DNA of 64,000 nt, taken from the NCBI GenBank assembly GCA_030584065.1, contig CP129489.1:580640-644639 (forward strand). The letters run 5' to 3'. Origin of the DNA: Flavobacteriales bacterium. GTDB lineage: Bacteria; Bacteroidota; Bacteroidia; Flavobacteriales_F; PHOS-HE28. The position numbers and the translations under genes are program-made. The notes under the pieces were generated by a model. The model saw only the letters and a program-made list of their open reading frames with translations. It made no database searches and was not told the origin of the DNA. Of the stretch, positions 46,623-57,991 are shown in pieces; within the stretch, counting starts at the first letter, position 1, and the number at the start of each line of letters is the position of its first letter.

Positions 46623-49589
46623 ATGAAACGACTCCTCCTCCAGCTGCTCCTGCTCGTCCCCCTGCTCCTCGGTGCCCAGGACCGCGTGCGCCATGTGGCC
46701 GCCCGTGTGGAGGAGGATCGCGCCGCCGGCTTGCGGTTCACGCCCGTGCGCCTGCTGGAGGCGGTACCCGCATCGCCGGCCACCGATGACCGCTGGCGCA
46801 GCGCCCTGCGCGCTGCAACCGTGCTGCGCTATGATGCCGAGGCTGCGGCCAGGCTGATGGCCCGGCCCGAGGAGCGCATCGCGATGGAACTGCCCGGGCC
46901 GGCTGGCATGGAGGTGCTCGAGCTGTTCCGCGTGGACATCCTGGCGCCGGGTTTCTCGGTGCGCGAATCGGCCACGCATGGCCAGGCCGATGTGCCCACG
47001 GGCCTCCATTACCGCGGTGCGGTGCGCGGCGTCCCCGGAACGCTGGCGGCCATCAGCATCTATGGCAATGAGCTGATGGGCGTGATCGGCGATCCCGGCG
47101 ACGACCGCGTGTTGGGCCGCTTCGCGGATGGGAAGGACGCGCTGCACGTGCTCTATCGCGAAAGCGATCTGCGCGGCACCTCCGGCCACGTGTGCGCGGC
47201 GGCGCCGCCAGATCGCGGGTACACGCGCGATGAGCTGCGCAGCCCCGGCACTGCCAAGTCAACGCGGTGCGTGAGCATCTACTGGGAGACGGCCTACGAT
47301 CTCTACCAGAACAAGGGCAGCGTGGCCAATGTCACCGCCTACGCCACCGGCCTCTTCAACCAGATGGCCACGCTCTACGACAACGATGGCGTGGATGTGC
47401 TGCTCAGCGAGCTCTATGTGTGGAACACGGCGAGCCCCTACGATGCCGCCTCCAGCAGCGGCCGCCTGAATCAGTTCGGCACGGTGCGGACGAGCTTCAA
47501 TGGCAACCTGGCCCACCTGATCGACCTGGGCGGCTATGGCGGCGTCGCCTGGCTGAACACCCTTTGCAGCAGCACCAACCTGCGGATGGCCTACAGCGGC
47601 ATCAACACCAGCTACCAGAATGTGCCCACCTACAGCTGGAGCGTGGAGGTGGTGACGCACGAGACGGGCCACAACCTCGGCAGCCGGCACACCCATGCCT
47701 GCGCCTGGAACGGCGACAATACGGCTATCGACGGCTGCGGCCCGGCCGCCGGCTATTCGGAAGGGAGCTGCCCGCAGGGGCCCCTGCCGGCCAGCAGCGT
47801 GGGCGGAACCATCATGAGCTACTGCCACCTCACCAGCAGCACCATCAAGTTCGCTAATGGCTTCGGCCCGCAGCCTGCGGCGCTCATCCTCAACCGGGTG
47901 AACAGCGCCACCTGCCTGGCTGTGTGCGGCACCACCTGCAATCCGCCCACCGTGAGCGTCACCGGCATCACCCCGACCGCGGCGACGCTGAGCTGGGCCA
48001 ATGTGGGCGCAACGAGCTACACCCTGCGCTGGAGGGCCGTCGGCGCCGGAACGTGGACCACGGTCACCGGCCTCACCGGCACCACCTATGGACTCAGCGG
48101 CCTCACGCCCGGCACCGCCTATGAATTCCAGGTGATGAGCGTGTGCAACGCTTCCTCCTCCGCGTACAGCCCGCTGCAGGCCTTCTCCACGCCGGTGCCC
48201 TGCCCCGATGCGCTGGAGCCGAACAACAGCACCGGGGCGGCCGCCGTGGTGACGCTGCCGGCCTCCGTCAACGCGCTGGTGGCCAGCACGAGCGATGCGG
48301 ACTACTACCGGTTCACGCTGGCGGCGACATCGACCATCAGCATCTCGCTCTCCGGCCTGGCGGGCGACTACGATGTGCGCCTGCTCAGCAGCGGCGGCGC
48401 GCAGCTGGCCATCTCGCAGAACGGCGGCACTGCCAACGAGAGCATCAGCTATGCCAACGCGGCGGCAGGCACCTACTACGTGCACGTGTTCGGCTACGGT
48501 GGTGCCTTCAGCGAAGTGCAGTGCTACCTCCTGTACATCGGGGCGATTCAGGCCTGCCAGATGCCGCAGGGACTGGGCTCAAGCGCCATCACTTGGAACA
48601 GCGCCCAGATCGCATGGGCGACGGTGCAGGGCGCCAGCGGCTACGACCTGCGCTGGAAGCCTTCGAGCAGCGGCACCTGGACCACCGTGGCCGGCCTGCT
48701 GACGAACAGCCATCCGCTCGCCGGCCTGAGCCCGCTCACGTCCTACGATGTCCAGGTGCGCACGCTCTGCGCGCCGGGCGGCAGCCAAGGGAGCGCTTCG
48801 GAATGGACCGCCACGCATGTTTTCATCACGCTGCAGGCGCCGTGCGAAGCGGTGCCGCGGTCCGTTGTGGCTGCCCGCGCCTTCCTCGAGGGGCCGTACC
48901 GGACCGCCACGGGCCTGATGACCGACAGCCTGCGCAAGCTGAGCCTGATCCCGCTTACGGAGCCGTACACCGCCATGGGCCATGCCGTCGCCGGTCCCAC
49001 GGCCATGAGCGCCGGACTCCTGGCCACGACAGGGGCGAACGCGATCGTCGACTGGGTGCTCGTGGAGCTCCGGGCCAACGCTTCGCCCTACGGCGTGGTG
49101 GAGGCACGGGCGGGCCTGCTGCAGCGCGATGGCGACATCACCGCCCCCGATGGCGTTTCGCCGCTCGGCTTCTGCGCCGATGCCGGCAGCTACCGCGTGG
49201 CCATCCGCCACCGCAACCACCTGGGCGCGATGACGGCGGCCGGCGTGGCGCTGAACGGCACAGCCGCAACGGTCGACCTGACGCTTGCCTCCACTGCTGC
49301 CTGGGGGACCGGCGCCCGCAAGGCCATGGGCAGCGTGATGGCCCTCTGGGCGGGCAATGCGGATCCCGATGCCACGCTTCGGTACACGGGCGAGGACAAC
49401 GACCGCGACCCGATCCTGAGCGCCATCGGCGGCAGCCTGCCCACGAATACGGTGACGGCCTATCACGCCGCCGATGTGAACATGGATGGCACGGTGAAGT
49501 ATACCGGCGAGGGCAACGACCGTGACCCCATTCTCACCAATGTGGGCGGTAGCGTGCCCACCAGCACCCTGGTCGAGCAGCTGCCCTAG
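46623..49589 (+). CDS. Secreted zinc metalloprotease, reprolysin/M12B-like metzincin, with FN3 and pre-peptidase C-terminal (PPC) domains and a C-terminal dockerin-like tandem repeat
   Basis: Signal MKRLLLQLLLLVPLLLGAQ. Metzincin HETGHNLGSRHTH and Met-turn (IMSY). FN3 (LSWANVGATSYTLRWRAVGAGTWTT). PPC (ALEPNNSTG...DADYYRF). C-terminal twin repeat YTGE(D/G)NDRDPIL with DVNMDGTVKY loop. Confidence 0.75.
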   Translation: MKRLLLQLLLLVPLLLGAQDRVRHVAARVEEDRAAGLRFTPVRLLEAVPASPATDDRWRSALRAATVLRYDAEAAARLMARPEERIAMELPGPAGMEVLELFRVDILAPGFSVRESATHGQADVPTGLHYRGAVRGVPGTLAAISIYGNELMGVIGDPGDDRVLGRFADGKDALHVLYRESDLRGTSGHVCAAAPPDRGYTRDELRSPGTAKSTRCVSIYWETAYDLYQNKGSVANVTAYATGLFNQMATLYDNDGVDVLLSELYVWNTASPYDAASSSGRLNQFGTVRTSFNGNLAHLIDLGGYGGVAWLNTLCSSTNLRMAYSGINTSYQNVPTYSWSVEVVTHETGHNLGSRHTHACAWNGDNTAIDGCGPAAGYSEGSCPQGPLPASSVGGTIMSYCHLTSSTIKFANGFGPQPAALILNRVNSATCLAVCGTTCNPPTVSVTGITPTAATLSWANVGATSYTLRWRAVGAGTWTTVTGLTGTTYGLSGLTPGTAYEFQVMSVCNASSSAYSPLQAFSTPVPCPDALEPNNSTGAAAVVTLPASVNALVASTSDADYYRFTLAATSTISISLSGLAGDYDVRLLSSGGAQLAISQNGGTANESISYANAAAGTYYVHVFGYGGAFSEVQCYLLYIGAIQACQMPQGLGSSAITWNSAQIAWATVQGASGYDLRWKPSSSGTWTTVAGLLTNSHPLAGLSPLTSYDVQVRTLCAPGGSQGSASEWTATHVFITLQAPCEAVPRSVVAARAFLEGPYRTATGLMTDSLRKLSLIPLTEPYTAMGHAVAGPTAMSAGLLATTGANAIVDWVLVELRANASPYGVVEARAGLLQRDGDITAPDGVSPLGFCADAGSYRVAIRHRNHLGAMTAAGVALNGTAATVDLTLASTAAWGTGARKAMGSVMALWAGNADPDATLRYTGEDNDRDPILSAIGGSLPTNTVTAYHAADVNMDGTVKYTGEGNDRDPILTNVGGSVPTSTLVEQLP

Positions 49590-49685
49590 CGCGCCACAAC
49601 CGCCCGTCAACGAACCGGCGGACCGCCGCATGCGCCACGCCGTGCGCCGCAGCCGCTGCTACCTTGCGCGCCCTTCGTCGCACCC

Positions 49686-51809
49686 ATGAAGCACCTCACG
49701 CCCATCGCCGCCGCTGGCATCGCACTGCTGGCCTCCTGTACGCCGACCGCCGAACCCGAACGCACCGATATGCTCGCGAACAACCCGCTCCTGCAGCGCA
49801 GCACGCTGCCTTTCCAGGCTCCGCACTTCGACCGCATCCGCGATGAGCACTTCCGACCGGCCATCGAGGAGGGGATGAAGCGCCACTTGGCCGAGATCGA
49901 GGCCATCGCCAACGACCCGGCCGCACCCACCTTCGAGAACACCATCGTGGCCCTGGAGAAGGCGGGCCAGGACCTGAACCGCGCCACTGCGGTGTTCTAC
50001 AACCTGACAGGCAGCGCCACCAACGATACCCTGCAGGCGGTGAAGGCTGAGCTGGCGCCGAAGCTGGCCGCCCACAGCGATGCCATCACCCTCAACGAGA
50101 AGCTCTTCGTCCGCATCAAGGCCCTCTACGATCAGCCGGCCACCGGTGTGGAGGCACAGGACGCCCGCCTGCTGGAGCGCTACTACATCCGGTTCGTCCG
50201 CAGCGGTGCACTCCTCGATGCACGCGGCAAGGAGCAGCTGCGCAAGCTCAATGAGGAGGAGGCCAACCTCGTCGCCAGATTCGAGGATAACATCCTGAAG
50301 GAGCGGGCCGTCCTGGCCATGGTGGTGAAGGATGGGGGCGAATTGGAAGGCATGAGCCCAGAGGGCATCGAAGCCGCCGCTGCCGCCGCCAAGGCCAAGG
50401 GCCACGAGGGTCAATGGCTCATCGACCTGCGCAACACCACCACCCAGCCTGCGCTGGCCGAGCTGCGGAGCCGCGATCTGCGCAGGGCCATCATGAAGCG
50501 CTCCATCAGCCGCAACAGCCGGGGCGAGGCCTACGACAACAAGGCCATCATCGCGCGGCTGGCCCAGCTTCGGGCCCAGAAAGCAAAGCTCCTGGGCTTC
50601 GCCACCTGGGCGCACTACGTGATGGACGACCAGATGGCCAAGAACCCTGACCAGGCCATGAAGCTGCTGGGTAGCATGGCGCCGGCCGCCGCCGCCAACG
50701 CCCGCAAGGAGGCCGCCAAGCTTCAATCCTTGGTGGATAAGCAGGGCGGGGGATTCCAGGTGGAGGCCTTCGACTGGGATTTCTATGCCGAGCAGGTGCG
50801 CAAGGCTGAGTTCGACCTGGACGAAGCGGCCGTGAAGCCCTACCTCGAATTCGAGAGCGTGCTGCAGAACGGCGTCTTCTTCGCCGCCAACCGGCTCTTC
50901 GGTCTGCGTTTCGAGGAGCGCAAGGACCTGCCCGTGTACCACCCCGACGTGCGCGTCTTCAACATCATCGATACCACCGGCGAGACCATCGGCCTCTTCT
51001 ATGGCGACTATTTCGCCCGCGACAACAAGAACGGCGGCGCATGGATGAGCAGCTTCGTGGACCAGAGCACCCTGCTGGGCCAACAGCCTGTGATCACGCA
51101 GAACTGCAACTACGTGAAGCCTGCGGCCGGCCAGCCCTGCCTGCTGAGCTGGGATGATGTGACCACGCTCTTCCATGAGTTCGGCCATGCGCTGCACGGC
51201 ATGCTGAGCGCGCAGAAGTACCCGAAGTTCAGCGGCACTGCCACCGCCACCGACTTCGTGGAGTTCCCGAGCCAGGTGAATGAGAACTGGGCGATGGTGC
51301 CCGAGGTGCTCCGCAGCTTCGCCAAGCACTGGAAGACGGGCGAGGTGATGCCCGATGCCCTGGCGGACAAGCTGCGCAAGGCCAAGACCTTCAACCAGGG
51401 CTATGCCACCACCGAGTACCTGGCCGCCGCGCTGCTCGACCTGGAGTGGCACAGCCTGCCCGCCGATGCGCCACTGGTAGAGGACGTGCTCGCCTTCGAG
51501 CAGGCGGCCCTGAAGAAGTACGGGCTCGATCTGCCGCAGGTGCCGCCGCGCTACCGCAGCTGCTACTTCAGCCATGCCTGGACGGGGTATGCGGCCAACT
51601 ACTACGCCTACATCTGGAGCGAGGTGATGGATGCCGATGCCTACGCTTGGTTCACCGAGAACGGAGGCATGACCCGCGCCAACGGCGACCGGTTCCGCCG
51701 CACCGTGCTCAGCCAGGGCGGCAGCAAGCCTGAAGCAGAGCTCTACCGCGACCTCACCGGCCGCGACCCCAGCGTGGAGCCGCTCCTCGTGAAGCGCGGG
51801 TTGAAGTGA
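49686..51809 (+). CDS. dcp: Peptidyl-dipeptidase Dcp (M3 family), lipoprotein form
   Basis: Lipoprotein signal (IALLASCTP). M3 zinc motif HEFGHALHGM and overall Dcp architecture. Confidence 0.85.
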   Translation: MKHLTPIAAAGIALLASCTPTAEPERTDMLANNPLLQRSTLPFQAPHFDRIRDEHFRPAIEEGMKRHLAEIEAIANDPAAPTFENTIVALEKAGQDLNRATAVFYNLTGSATNDTLQAVKAELAPKLAAHSDAITLNEKLFVRIKALYDQPATGVEAQDARLLERYYIRFVRSGALLDARGKEQLRKLNEEEANLVARFEDNILKERAVLAMVVKDGGELEGMSPEGIEAAAAAAKAKGHEGQWLIDLRNTTTQPALAELRSRDLRRAIMKRSISRNSRGEAYDNKAIIARLAQLRAQKAKLLGFATWAHYVMDDQMAKNPDQAMKLLGSMAPAAAANARKEAAKLQSLVDKQGGGFQVEAFDWDFYAEQVRKAEFDLDEAAVKPYLEFESVLQNGVFFAANRLFGLRFEERKDLPVYHPDVRVFNIIDTTGETIGLFYGDYFARDNKNGGAWMSSFVDQSTLLGQQPVITQNCNYVKPAAGQPCLLSWDDVTTLFHEFGHALHGMLSAQKYPKFSGTATATDFVEFPSQVNENWAMVPEVLRSFAKHWKTGEVMPDALADKLRKAKTFNQGYATTEYLAAALLDLEWHSLPADAPLVEDVLAFEQAALKKYGLDLPQVPPRYRSCYFSHAWTGYAANYYAYIWSEVMDADAYAWFTENGGMTRANGDRFRRTVLSQGGSKPEAELYRDLTGRDPSVEPLLVKRGLK

Positions 51810-52117
51810 TCAGGCTGCCTTCCGTGGGCCGAGCGAAAGCCGACGGCAATGGTCCATGCGGTCCGGGATTCCTTTCCTGCATGTCCAGAGGGGCAGAGTA
51901 AACGCCTCAGCGGCAGGTGGAAGCCGAGGGTCCCCGGGGGGGCAGGTTGCTGCTTTGCAGGCTTTACCGGCAGGGAGGACCCGGCCCCGCCGTGTTGATA
52001 ATCCCGATCGATCGTGGATAACGGGGGGCGTCTTCCGCGGCATCCCGCGCCCCTAGCGGCCCTAACTTCGTCCCATTGCATGGAACCCGCGCCAATGCTG
52101 AGGTTCCGCCCTTTGAG

Positions 52118-54028
52118 ATGAGCGAGACGAACTACGGGGAGGAGCATATCCGGTCGCTGGACTGGAAGGAGCACATCCGCCTGCGGCCGGGCATGTACAT
52201 CGGCAAGCTCGGCGATGGCAGCAGCTACGATGACGGCATCTACATCCTGCTGAAGGAGGTGCTGGACAACTGCATCGACGAGTACGTGATGGGCCATGGC
52301 AAGAAGGTGGACATCGCCATCGAGGGCGGCCGGGTGACCGTGCGGGACTACGGGCGGGGCGTGCCGCTGGGCAAGGTGATCGACGTGGTGAGCAAGATCA
52401 ACACCGGCGCCAAGTACGACAGCAAGGCCTTCAAGAAGAGCGTGGGCCTGAACGGGGTAGGCACCAAGGCCGTGAACGCCCTCAGCACCTACTTCCGCAT
52501 CGAGAGCATCCGCGACGGCGAGATGAAGCGCGCGGAGTTCGATCGTGGCGTGCTGCGCAAGGACGAGAAGCTGGTGAAGAGCGACGAGCCCAACGGCACG
52601 CGGGTGGTCTTCGAGCCCGACCCTGAGATGTTCCGCCACTACCAGTTCCGCGAGCAGCACATCGAGCGCTTGCTCTGGAACTACTGCTACCTGAACACGG
52701 GCCTTGCCATCACCTGCAACGGCACCCGCTACCAGAGCAAGAACGGCCTGCTCGACCTGCTCACCGAGAAGATGGACGGCGAGCCGCTCTATCCCATCAT
52801 CCACCTCAAGGGCGACGATATCGAGGTGGCCCTGACCCATGCCAACCACTACGGCGAGGAGTACTACAGCTTCGTCAACGGCCAGCACACCACGCAGGGC
52901 GGCACCCACCAGGGCGCCTTCCGCGAGGCGGTGGCCAAGACCATCAAGGACTTCTTCAAGAAGGAGTGGGAGGCCGGCGACGTGCGCACGGGCATCGTGG
53001 CGGCGGTGAGCGTGAAGGTGATCGAGCCGGTGTTCGAGAGCCAGACCAAGACCAAGCTCGGCAGCCTGGAGATTGAGCCCGGCGGCCAGAGCATGCGCAG
53101 CTTCGTGGGCGACTTCATCGGCCGCGAGCTGGACAACTACCTGCACAAGCACCCCGAGGTGGCCGAAGTGCTCCAGGGCCGCATCCTCCAGAACGAGCGC
53201 GAGCGCAAGGAGCTCAGCGGCATCCGCAAGCTGGCTCGCGAGCGCGCCAAGAAGGCCAGCCTGCACAACCGCAAGCTGCGCGACTGCCGCGTCCACCTCA
53301 CCGACGCCAAGAAGGACGACCCGCGGAAGCAGCTCACCACGCTCTTCATCACCGAGGGCGATAGCGCCAGCGGCAGCATCACCAAGAGCCGCGATGTGGA
53401 GACGCAGGCCGTCTTCAGCCTCAAGGGCAAGCCCCTCAACTGCTACGGCCTCACCAAGAAGGTGGTGTACGAGAACGAGGAGTTCAACCTCATCCAGGCC
53501 GCGCTCGACATCGAGGACGGCATGGACGGGCTGCGCTACAACCGCATCGTCATCGCCACCGATGCCGACGTGGACGGCATGCACATCCGCCTGCTGCTGA
53601 TGACTTTCTTCCTGCAGTTCTTCCCCGACCTGGTGAAGAACGACCACCTCTACATCCTGCAGACGCCGCTCTTCCGCGTGCGGAACAAGAAGGAGACCGT
53701 GTATTGCTACAGCGATGAGGAGCGCCAGCGCGCCATCCTAAGGCTTGGCAAGGGCGCAGAGATCACCCGGTTCAAGGGCCTGGGCGAGATCAGCCCCGAC
53801 GAGTTCAAGCACTTCATCGGCGAGGACATGCGCCTGGAGCCGGTGATGATCACCAGGGACGCCAGCGTGCATGAGCTGCTGGAGTTCTACATGGGCAAGA
53901 ACACCCCCAGCCGCCAGGATTTCATCATCGGCAACCTGAAGGTGGAGAAGGACCTGGTGGAGCAGCAGGGAATCGACCCCGTGAAGGTGATCGCACGCAA
54001 ACTGGAGGAAGTGGAGGAGGAGGCATGA
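52118..54028 (+). CDS. parE: Type IIA topoisomerase ATPase subunit (topoisomerase IV ParE / GyrB-like)
   Basis: GHKL ATPase ([18 protein letters not shown]), Toprim (EGDSASG), PLRGK-like (SLKGKPLNC). Short form lacking the GyrB insertion. Confidence 0.85.
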   Translation: MSETNYGEEHIRSLDWKEHIRLRPGMYIGKLGDGSSYDDGIYILLKEVLDNCIDEYVMGHGKKVDIAIEGGRVTVRDYGRGVPLGKVIDVVSKINTGAKYDSKAFKKSVGLNGVGTKAVNALSTYFRIESIRDGEMKRAEFDRGVLRKDEKLVKSDEPNGTRVVFEPDPEMFRHYQFREQHIERLLWNYCYLNTGLAITCNGTRYQSKNGLLDLLTEKMDGEPLYPIIHLKGDDIEVALTHANHYGEEYYSFVNGQHTTQGGTHQGAFREAVAKTIKDFFKKEWEAGDVRTGIVAAVSVKVIEPVFESQTKTKLGSLEIEPGGQSMRSFVGDFIGRELDNYLHKHPEVAEVLQGRILQNERERKELSGIRKLARERAKKASLHNRKLRDCRVHLTDAKKDDPRKQLTTLFITEGDSASGSITKSRDVETQAVFSLKGKPLNCYGLTKKVVYENEEFNLIQAALDIEDGMDGLRYNRIVIATDADVDGMHIRLLLMTFFLQFFPDLVKNDHLYILQTPLFRVRNKKETVYCYSDEERQRAILRLGKGAEITRFKGLGEISPDEFKHFIGEDMRLEPVMITRDASVHELLEFYMGKNTPSRQDFIIGNLKVEKDLVEQQGIDPVKVIARKLEEVEEEA

Positions 54029-54837
54029 GGAGGGGGGCGCGCATAGCCGGTGCCTTCATGCGGGCAAGCGCTCATGTCCTCACGCGCGCAGCGGATGCAA
54101 GGGCTGTTCGCCGGGTCTTCTCCGCCGCAATCGTGCTCGCCTGGGTACATGGCCCAATGGGCGCAACGGTAGCCGCCCAGTCCACCGGCACCCTGCGCAT
54201 CCTGTGCGAGCCCGCAGGCAGCTGCGAGTACCTGCTCGACGGCCGGCACCGGAAGAAGGACCGCGAACTGAGCCTGATGGAGGGGCCGCACCGCTTCGTC
54301 TTCTGGGCACCCGAACGGCGCGTGCTCGACACCACGCTGATGGTGATGCCGAATGCGCTGCGCGAGGCCCGCATCCAGCTGCGCTATTCCGAGGAGTTCA
54401 TCGCCTACAACCGCAAGCTGCGGCGCTTCCAGCGCGATGACCGATGGCTCCGCTACGGCACGCCGGTGCTCGCGGCCGGGGCCGGCGCATGGTTCGGCGT
54501 TAGCCTCTGGCGCACGGTGGATGCCCAACGGGCCGTGGACGACCTGGCCGAGGCCTACCGCACCAGCGCCAGCCCTGCCGGCATCGCAGAGCTCAAGCGA
54601 ACGGACATCCCCGAGGCCAACCGCGAGCTGCGGCAGGCCCGCACCATGGCCTTTGTCAGCGGCGGCGCGCTGGCGCTCTCCGGCGCGGCCCTCTGGTACG
54701 TGCGAAGCGTGCGCTCCAAGCGCCAGCCTCCCGTCTTCGAGGACAAGGAACGGGCCCGGTTCGAGGGCCTCGCTTGGATGCCCGCCCATGAGGGCCATGG
54801 CGCTTGGATGGCCTCGCTCACCCTGCCCCTGCGATGA
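54025..54837 (+). CDS. PEGA-domain membrane protein
   Basis: PEGA-like [20 protein letters not shown] plus a C-terminal TM helix. 4-nt overlaps with parE upstream and the lipoprotein gene downstream. Confidence 0.45.
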   Translation: MRRGARIAGAFMRASAHVLTRAADARAVRRVFSAAIVLAWVHGPMGATVAAQSTGTLRILCEPAGSCEYLLDGRHRKKDRELSLMEGPHRFVFWAPERRVLDTTLMVMPNALREARIQLRYSEEFIAYNRKLRRFQRDDRWLRYGTPVLAAGAGAWFGVSLWRTVDAQRAVDDLAEAYRTSASPAGIAELKRTDIPEANRELRQARTMAFVSGGALALSGAALWYVRSVRSKRQPPVFEDKERARFEGLAWMPAHEGHGAWMASLTLPLR

Positions 54838-55256
54838 GGAGCCTGCTCGCCCTTCTGCTGCCCGCGCTGCTGCTCCTGGCCTGCGGCAAGGGTGAACTGG
54901 ATCCCGGCACCCTGAAGGACAACCCCTTCGACCCGGACTACGCCGGACCGCCGGTCTTCCTGCTCGACACCACTTACGCCCGCTCCGTGAGCACCCCCTC
55001 CGGGCCGGTGCAGCAGCAGGTGATCGCCTTCCGCGTGCGCAGCGAGCTCTTCCTGAGCCCTGTGCGGTTTTCGGTGCGCGTGGAGGACACGGCCTACGGG
55101 CTCACCGAGGTGATCGATCCCGATCCCGTCGGGAGCAGCCATTTCAACTACGTGCGGCTGGGCTGGCAAGTGGGCGTGCCCGTATGCCTGCGCCTCAGCC
55201 TCTTCAATGACCAGAGCGCCGCGCGCGCCGAGGAGATCTGCGCCACACTGCAATGA
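54834..55256 (+). CDS. Hypothetical lipoprotein
   Basis: Signal [17 protein letters not shown]. Start and stop both overlap neighbours via ATGA. Confidence 0.45.
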   Translation: MRSLLALLLPALLLLACGKGELDPGTLKDNPFDPDYAGPPVFLLDTTYARSVSTPSGPVQQQVIAFRVRSELFLSPVRFSVRVEDTAYGLTEVIDPDPVGSSHFNYVRLGWQVGVPVCLRLSLFNDQSAARAEEICATLQ

Positions 55257-57985
55257 GCGACGAGACCAACGAGACCCCGATGCCCGAAGGCCAGGGCGAT
55301 GCGCATGGCCATGTGCCGGCCGGAGGCCATGCCGGCGGCTTCAGCATCAGCGGCATGTACAAGGACTGGTTCCTGGACTATGCCAGCTACGTGATCCTGG
55401 AGCGCGCGGTGCCTGCGCTGTACGACGGCCTGAAGCCCGTGCAGCGCCGCATCCTGCACGCTATGGACGATCTGGATGACGGCCGCTACAACAAGGTGGC
55501 CAACATCATCGGGCACACCATGCAGTACCACCCGCACGGCGATGCCAGCATCGGCGATGCGCTGGTGCAGCTGGGCCAGAAGGACCTGCTCATCGACTGC
55601 CAGGGCAACTGGGGCAACACGCTCACCGGCGATAGCGCCGCGGCGCCCCGCTACATCGAGGCACGGCTCAGCAAGTTCGCCAAGGAGGTGGTATTCAACC
55701 CGAAGACCACCGAATGGCAGCTGAGCTACGATGGCCGCAACCGCGAGCCGGTCTTCCTGCCGGTGAAGTTCCCGCTGCTGCTGGCGCAGGGCGCCGAGGG
55801 CATCGCCGTGGGCCTCAGCTGCAAGGTGCTGCCCCACAACTTCAACGAACTCATCGACGCCAGCATCGCCGTGCTCCGCAAGCGCTCCTTCGAGCTGGTG
55901 CCCGACTTCCCCACGGGCGGCCTGGCCGACGTGAGCAACTACAACGAGGGCGAGCGCGGGGGGCGCGTGCGCTGCCGGGCCCGTATCCGCAAGGAGGACA
56001 GCAAGACGCTCGTGATCTCCGAGATTCCCTTCGGAACCACTACCACATCGCTCATCGAGAGCATCATCAAGGCCAACGACAAGGGCAAGATCAAGGTGCG
56101 GCACATCGAGGACAACACCGCCGAGCATGCCGAGATCGTCATCCACCTCGCCGCGGGGGTGAGCCCCGACACCACCATCGATGCGCTCTTCGCCTTCACC
56201 GACTGCGAGGTGAGCATTGCGCCCAATGCGGTGGTGATCGAGAACGACAAGCCCCGCTTCGTGGGCGTGAAGGAGCTGCTCCGCATCAGCACCGAGAACA
56301 CCCTGCGCCTGCTGGAGCTGGAGCTGCGGATCCGGAAGGGCGAGCTGGAGGAGCAGTGGCACTTCGCCTCGCTCGAGCGGATCTTCATCGAGAGGAAGGT
56401 CTACCGGAGGATCGAGGAGGCCGAGACCTGGGAGCAGGTACTCAGCTTCATCGACAAGGGCCTGAAGCCCCACATCCAGGAGCTGAAGCGGCCCGTGACG
56501 CAGGACGACATCATCCGCCTCACCGAGATCAAGATCAAGCGCATCTCGAAGTTCGACAGCTTCAAGGCCGATGAGCACATCCGGCAGCTGGCCGAGCAGA
56601 TCGACGAGGTGCAGGGGAAGCTGGACCACCTGGTGGACCATGCCGTGGACTGGTTCAAGGAGCTGAAGAAGAAGTACGGCGCCGGCCGCGAGCGCCGGAC
56701 CGAGCTGCGCACCTTCGACACCATCGTGGCAGCCAAGGTGGCCGTGGCCAACAGGAAGCTCTACGTGGACCGCAAGGAAGGCTTCATGGGCTGGAGCCTG
56801 AAGGATGCCGAACTGGTGGGCGAATGCTCCGAGATCGACGACATCATCGTGTTCCGCATCAACGGCGGCATGGTGGTGACCAAGGTGGCCGATAAGAAGT
56901 TCGTGGGCAAGGGCATCCTGCACATCGGCGTCTTCAAGAAGAACGATGAGCGCACCATCTACCACATGATCTACCAGGATGGCATGAAGGGGCCGTACTA
57001 CATGAAGCGCTTCGCCGTCACCGGCGTCACGCGCGACAAGGAGTACGACCTCACCGGCGGTGCACCGGGTAGCACGGTGGAGTACTTCACCGCCAACCCC
57101 GATGGCGCCAGCGAGGTGGTGAGCGTGGTGCTGCGCCCGCGCCCCAACCTGCGCAAGACGAAGTTCGACATCGACTTCGCGCAGATGGGCGTGAAAGGGC
57201 GCGGCAGCAAGGGCAACCTGCTCACGCGCTACGCCGTGCAGAAGATCACGCAGAAGGAGCGCGGCGGCAGCACGCTGGGCGCCATCCCCATCTGGTTCGA
57301 TGAGACGGTGCGCCGCCTCAACGACACCGGCCATGGCCGCTACCTGGGCCGTTTCGCGGGCGAGGACCGCATCCTCTGCATCACCAAGGGCGGCAGCTAC
57401 CAGCTCTTCCCCTTCGCGCTCAGCACGCACTTCCCCGACGACGCCCTCACGGTGGTGAAGTGGAACCCCAAGGACGTGCTCACGGCCGTCTATTGGGAGG
57501 GGGAGAAGCAGCAGTACCATGTGAAGCGCTTCCTCATCGAGCCGGCGCGCGATGCCGTATCCTTCATCACTGAGCACCCGGAGAGCCGATTGGCGCTGCA
57601 CAGCCTGCTGCCCGAGCCCGCCCTCCACGTGGCATACGACAAGCGCAGCACCAGCCGGCCCGACGAGGATGTGGAGCTGTCCGGCTTCATCGGCGTGAAG
57701 GGCGTGAAGGCGCTGGGCAATCGCCTCACCCCGCACAAGGTGAAGGAGCTCACCCTCACCACGCCCGTGTTCATCCCCATGACACCCGAGCTGGAGGAGA
57801 CCCAGGGCATGCTCATCTCCGATGAGGAGATCGGCAACCTGGAGGCGCCCGAAGAGGAGGGGCTGGAGGAGAGCCCTGTGAAGCAGTTCAAGCGCCAGCA
57901 GGCTGCCGAGGAGCAGGAGCGCTCACCGGACGACCCCATGGCCGGCTACAAGCCCGGCAAGCAGATCACGCTGGGGCTCGATTGA
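55253..57985 (+). CDS. parC: Type IIA topoisomerase DNA-cleavage subunit (topoisomerase IV ParC / GyrA-like)
   Basis: YASYVILERAVPALYDGLKPVQRRILHAM, catalytic Tyr region. C-terminal beta-pinwheel domain. Confidence 0.85.
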   Translation: MSDETNETPMPEGQGDAHGHVPAGGHAGGFSISGMYKDWFLDYASYVILERAVPALYDGLKPVQRRILHAMDDLDDGRYNKVANIIGHTMQYHPHGDASIGDALVQLGQKDLLIDCQGNWGNTLTGDSAAAPRYIEARLSKFAKEVVFNPKTTEWQLSYDGRNREPVFLPVKFPLLLAQGAEGIAVGLSCKVLPHNFNELIDASIAVLRKRSFELVPDFPTGGLADVSNYNEGERGGRVRCRARIRKEDSKTLVISEIPFGTTTTSLIESIIKANDKGKIKVRHIEDNTAEHAEIVIHLAAGVSPDTTIDALFAFTDCEVSIAPNAVVIENDKPRFVGVKELLRISTENTLRLLELELRIRKGELEEQWHFASLERIFIERKVYRRIEEAETWEQVLSFIDKGLKPHIQELKRPVTQDDIIRLTEIKIKRISKFDSFKADEHIRQLAEQIDEVQGKLDHLVDHAVDWFKELKKKYGAGRERRTELRTFDTIVAAKVAVANRKLYVDRKEGFMGWSLKDAELVGECSEIDDIIVFRINGGMVVTKVADKKFVGKGILHIGVFKKNDERTIYHMIYQDGMKGPYYMKRFAVTGVTRDKEYDLTGGAPGSTVEYFTANPDGASEVVSVVLRPRPNLRKTKFDIDFAQMGVKGRGSKGNLLTRYAVQKITQKERGGSTLGAIPIWFDETVRRLNDTGHGRYLGRFAGEDRILCITKGGSYQLFPFALSTHFPDDALTVVKWNPKDVLTAVYWEGEKQQYHVKRFLIEPARDAVSFITEHPESRLALHSLLPEPALHVAYDKRSTSRPDEDVELSGFIGVKGVKALGNRLTPHKVKELTLTTPVFIPMTPELEETQGMLISDEEIGNLEAPEEEGLEESPVKQFKRQQAAEEQERSPDDPMAGYKPGKQITLGLD

Positions 57986-57991
57986 GCGCCC

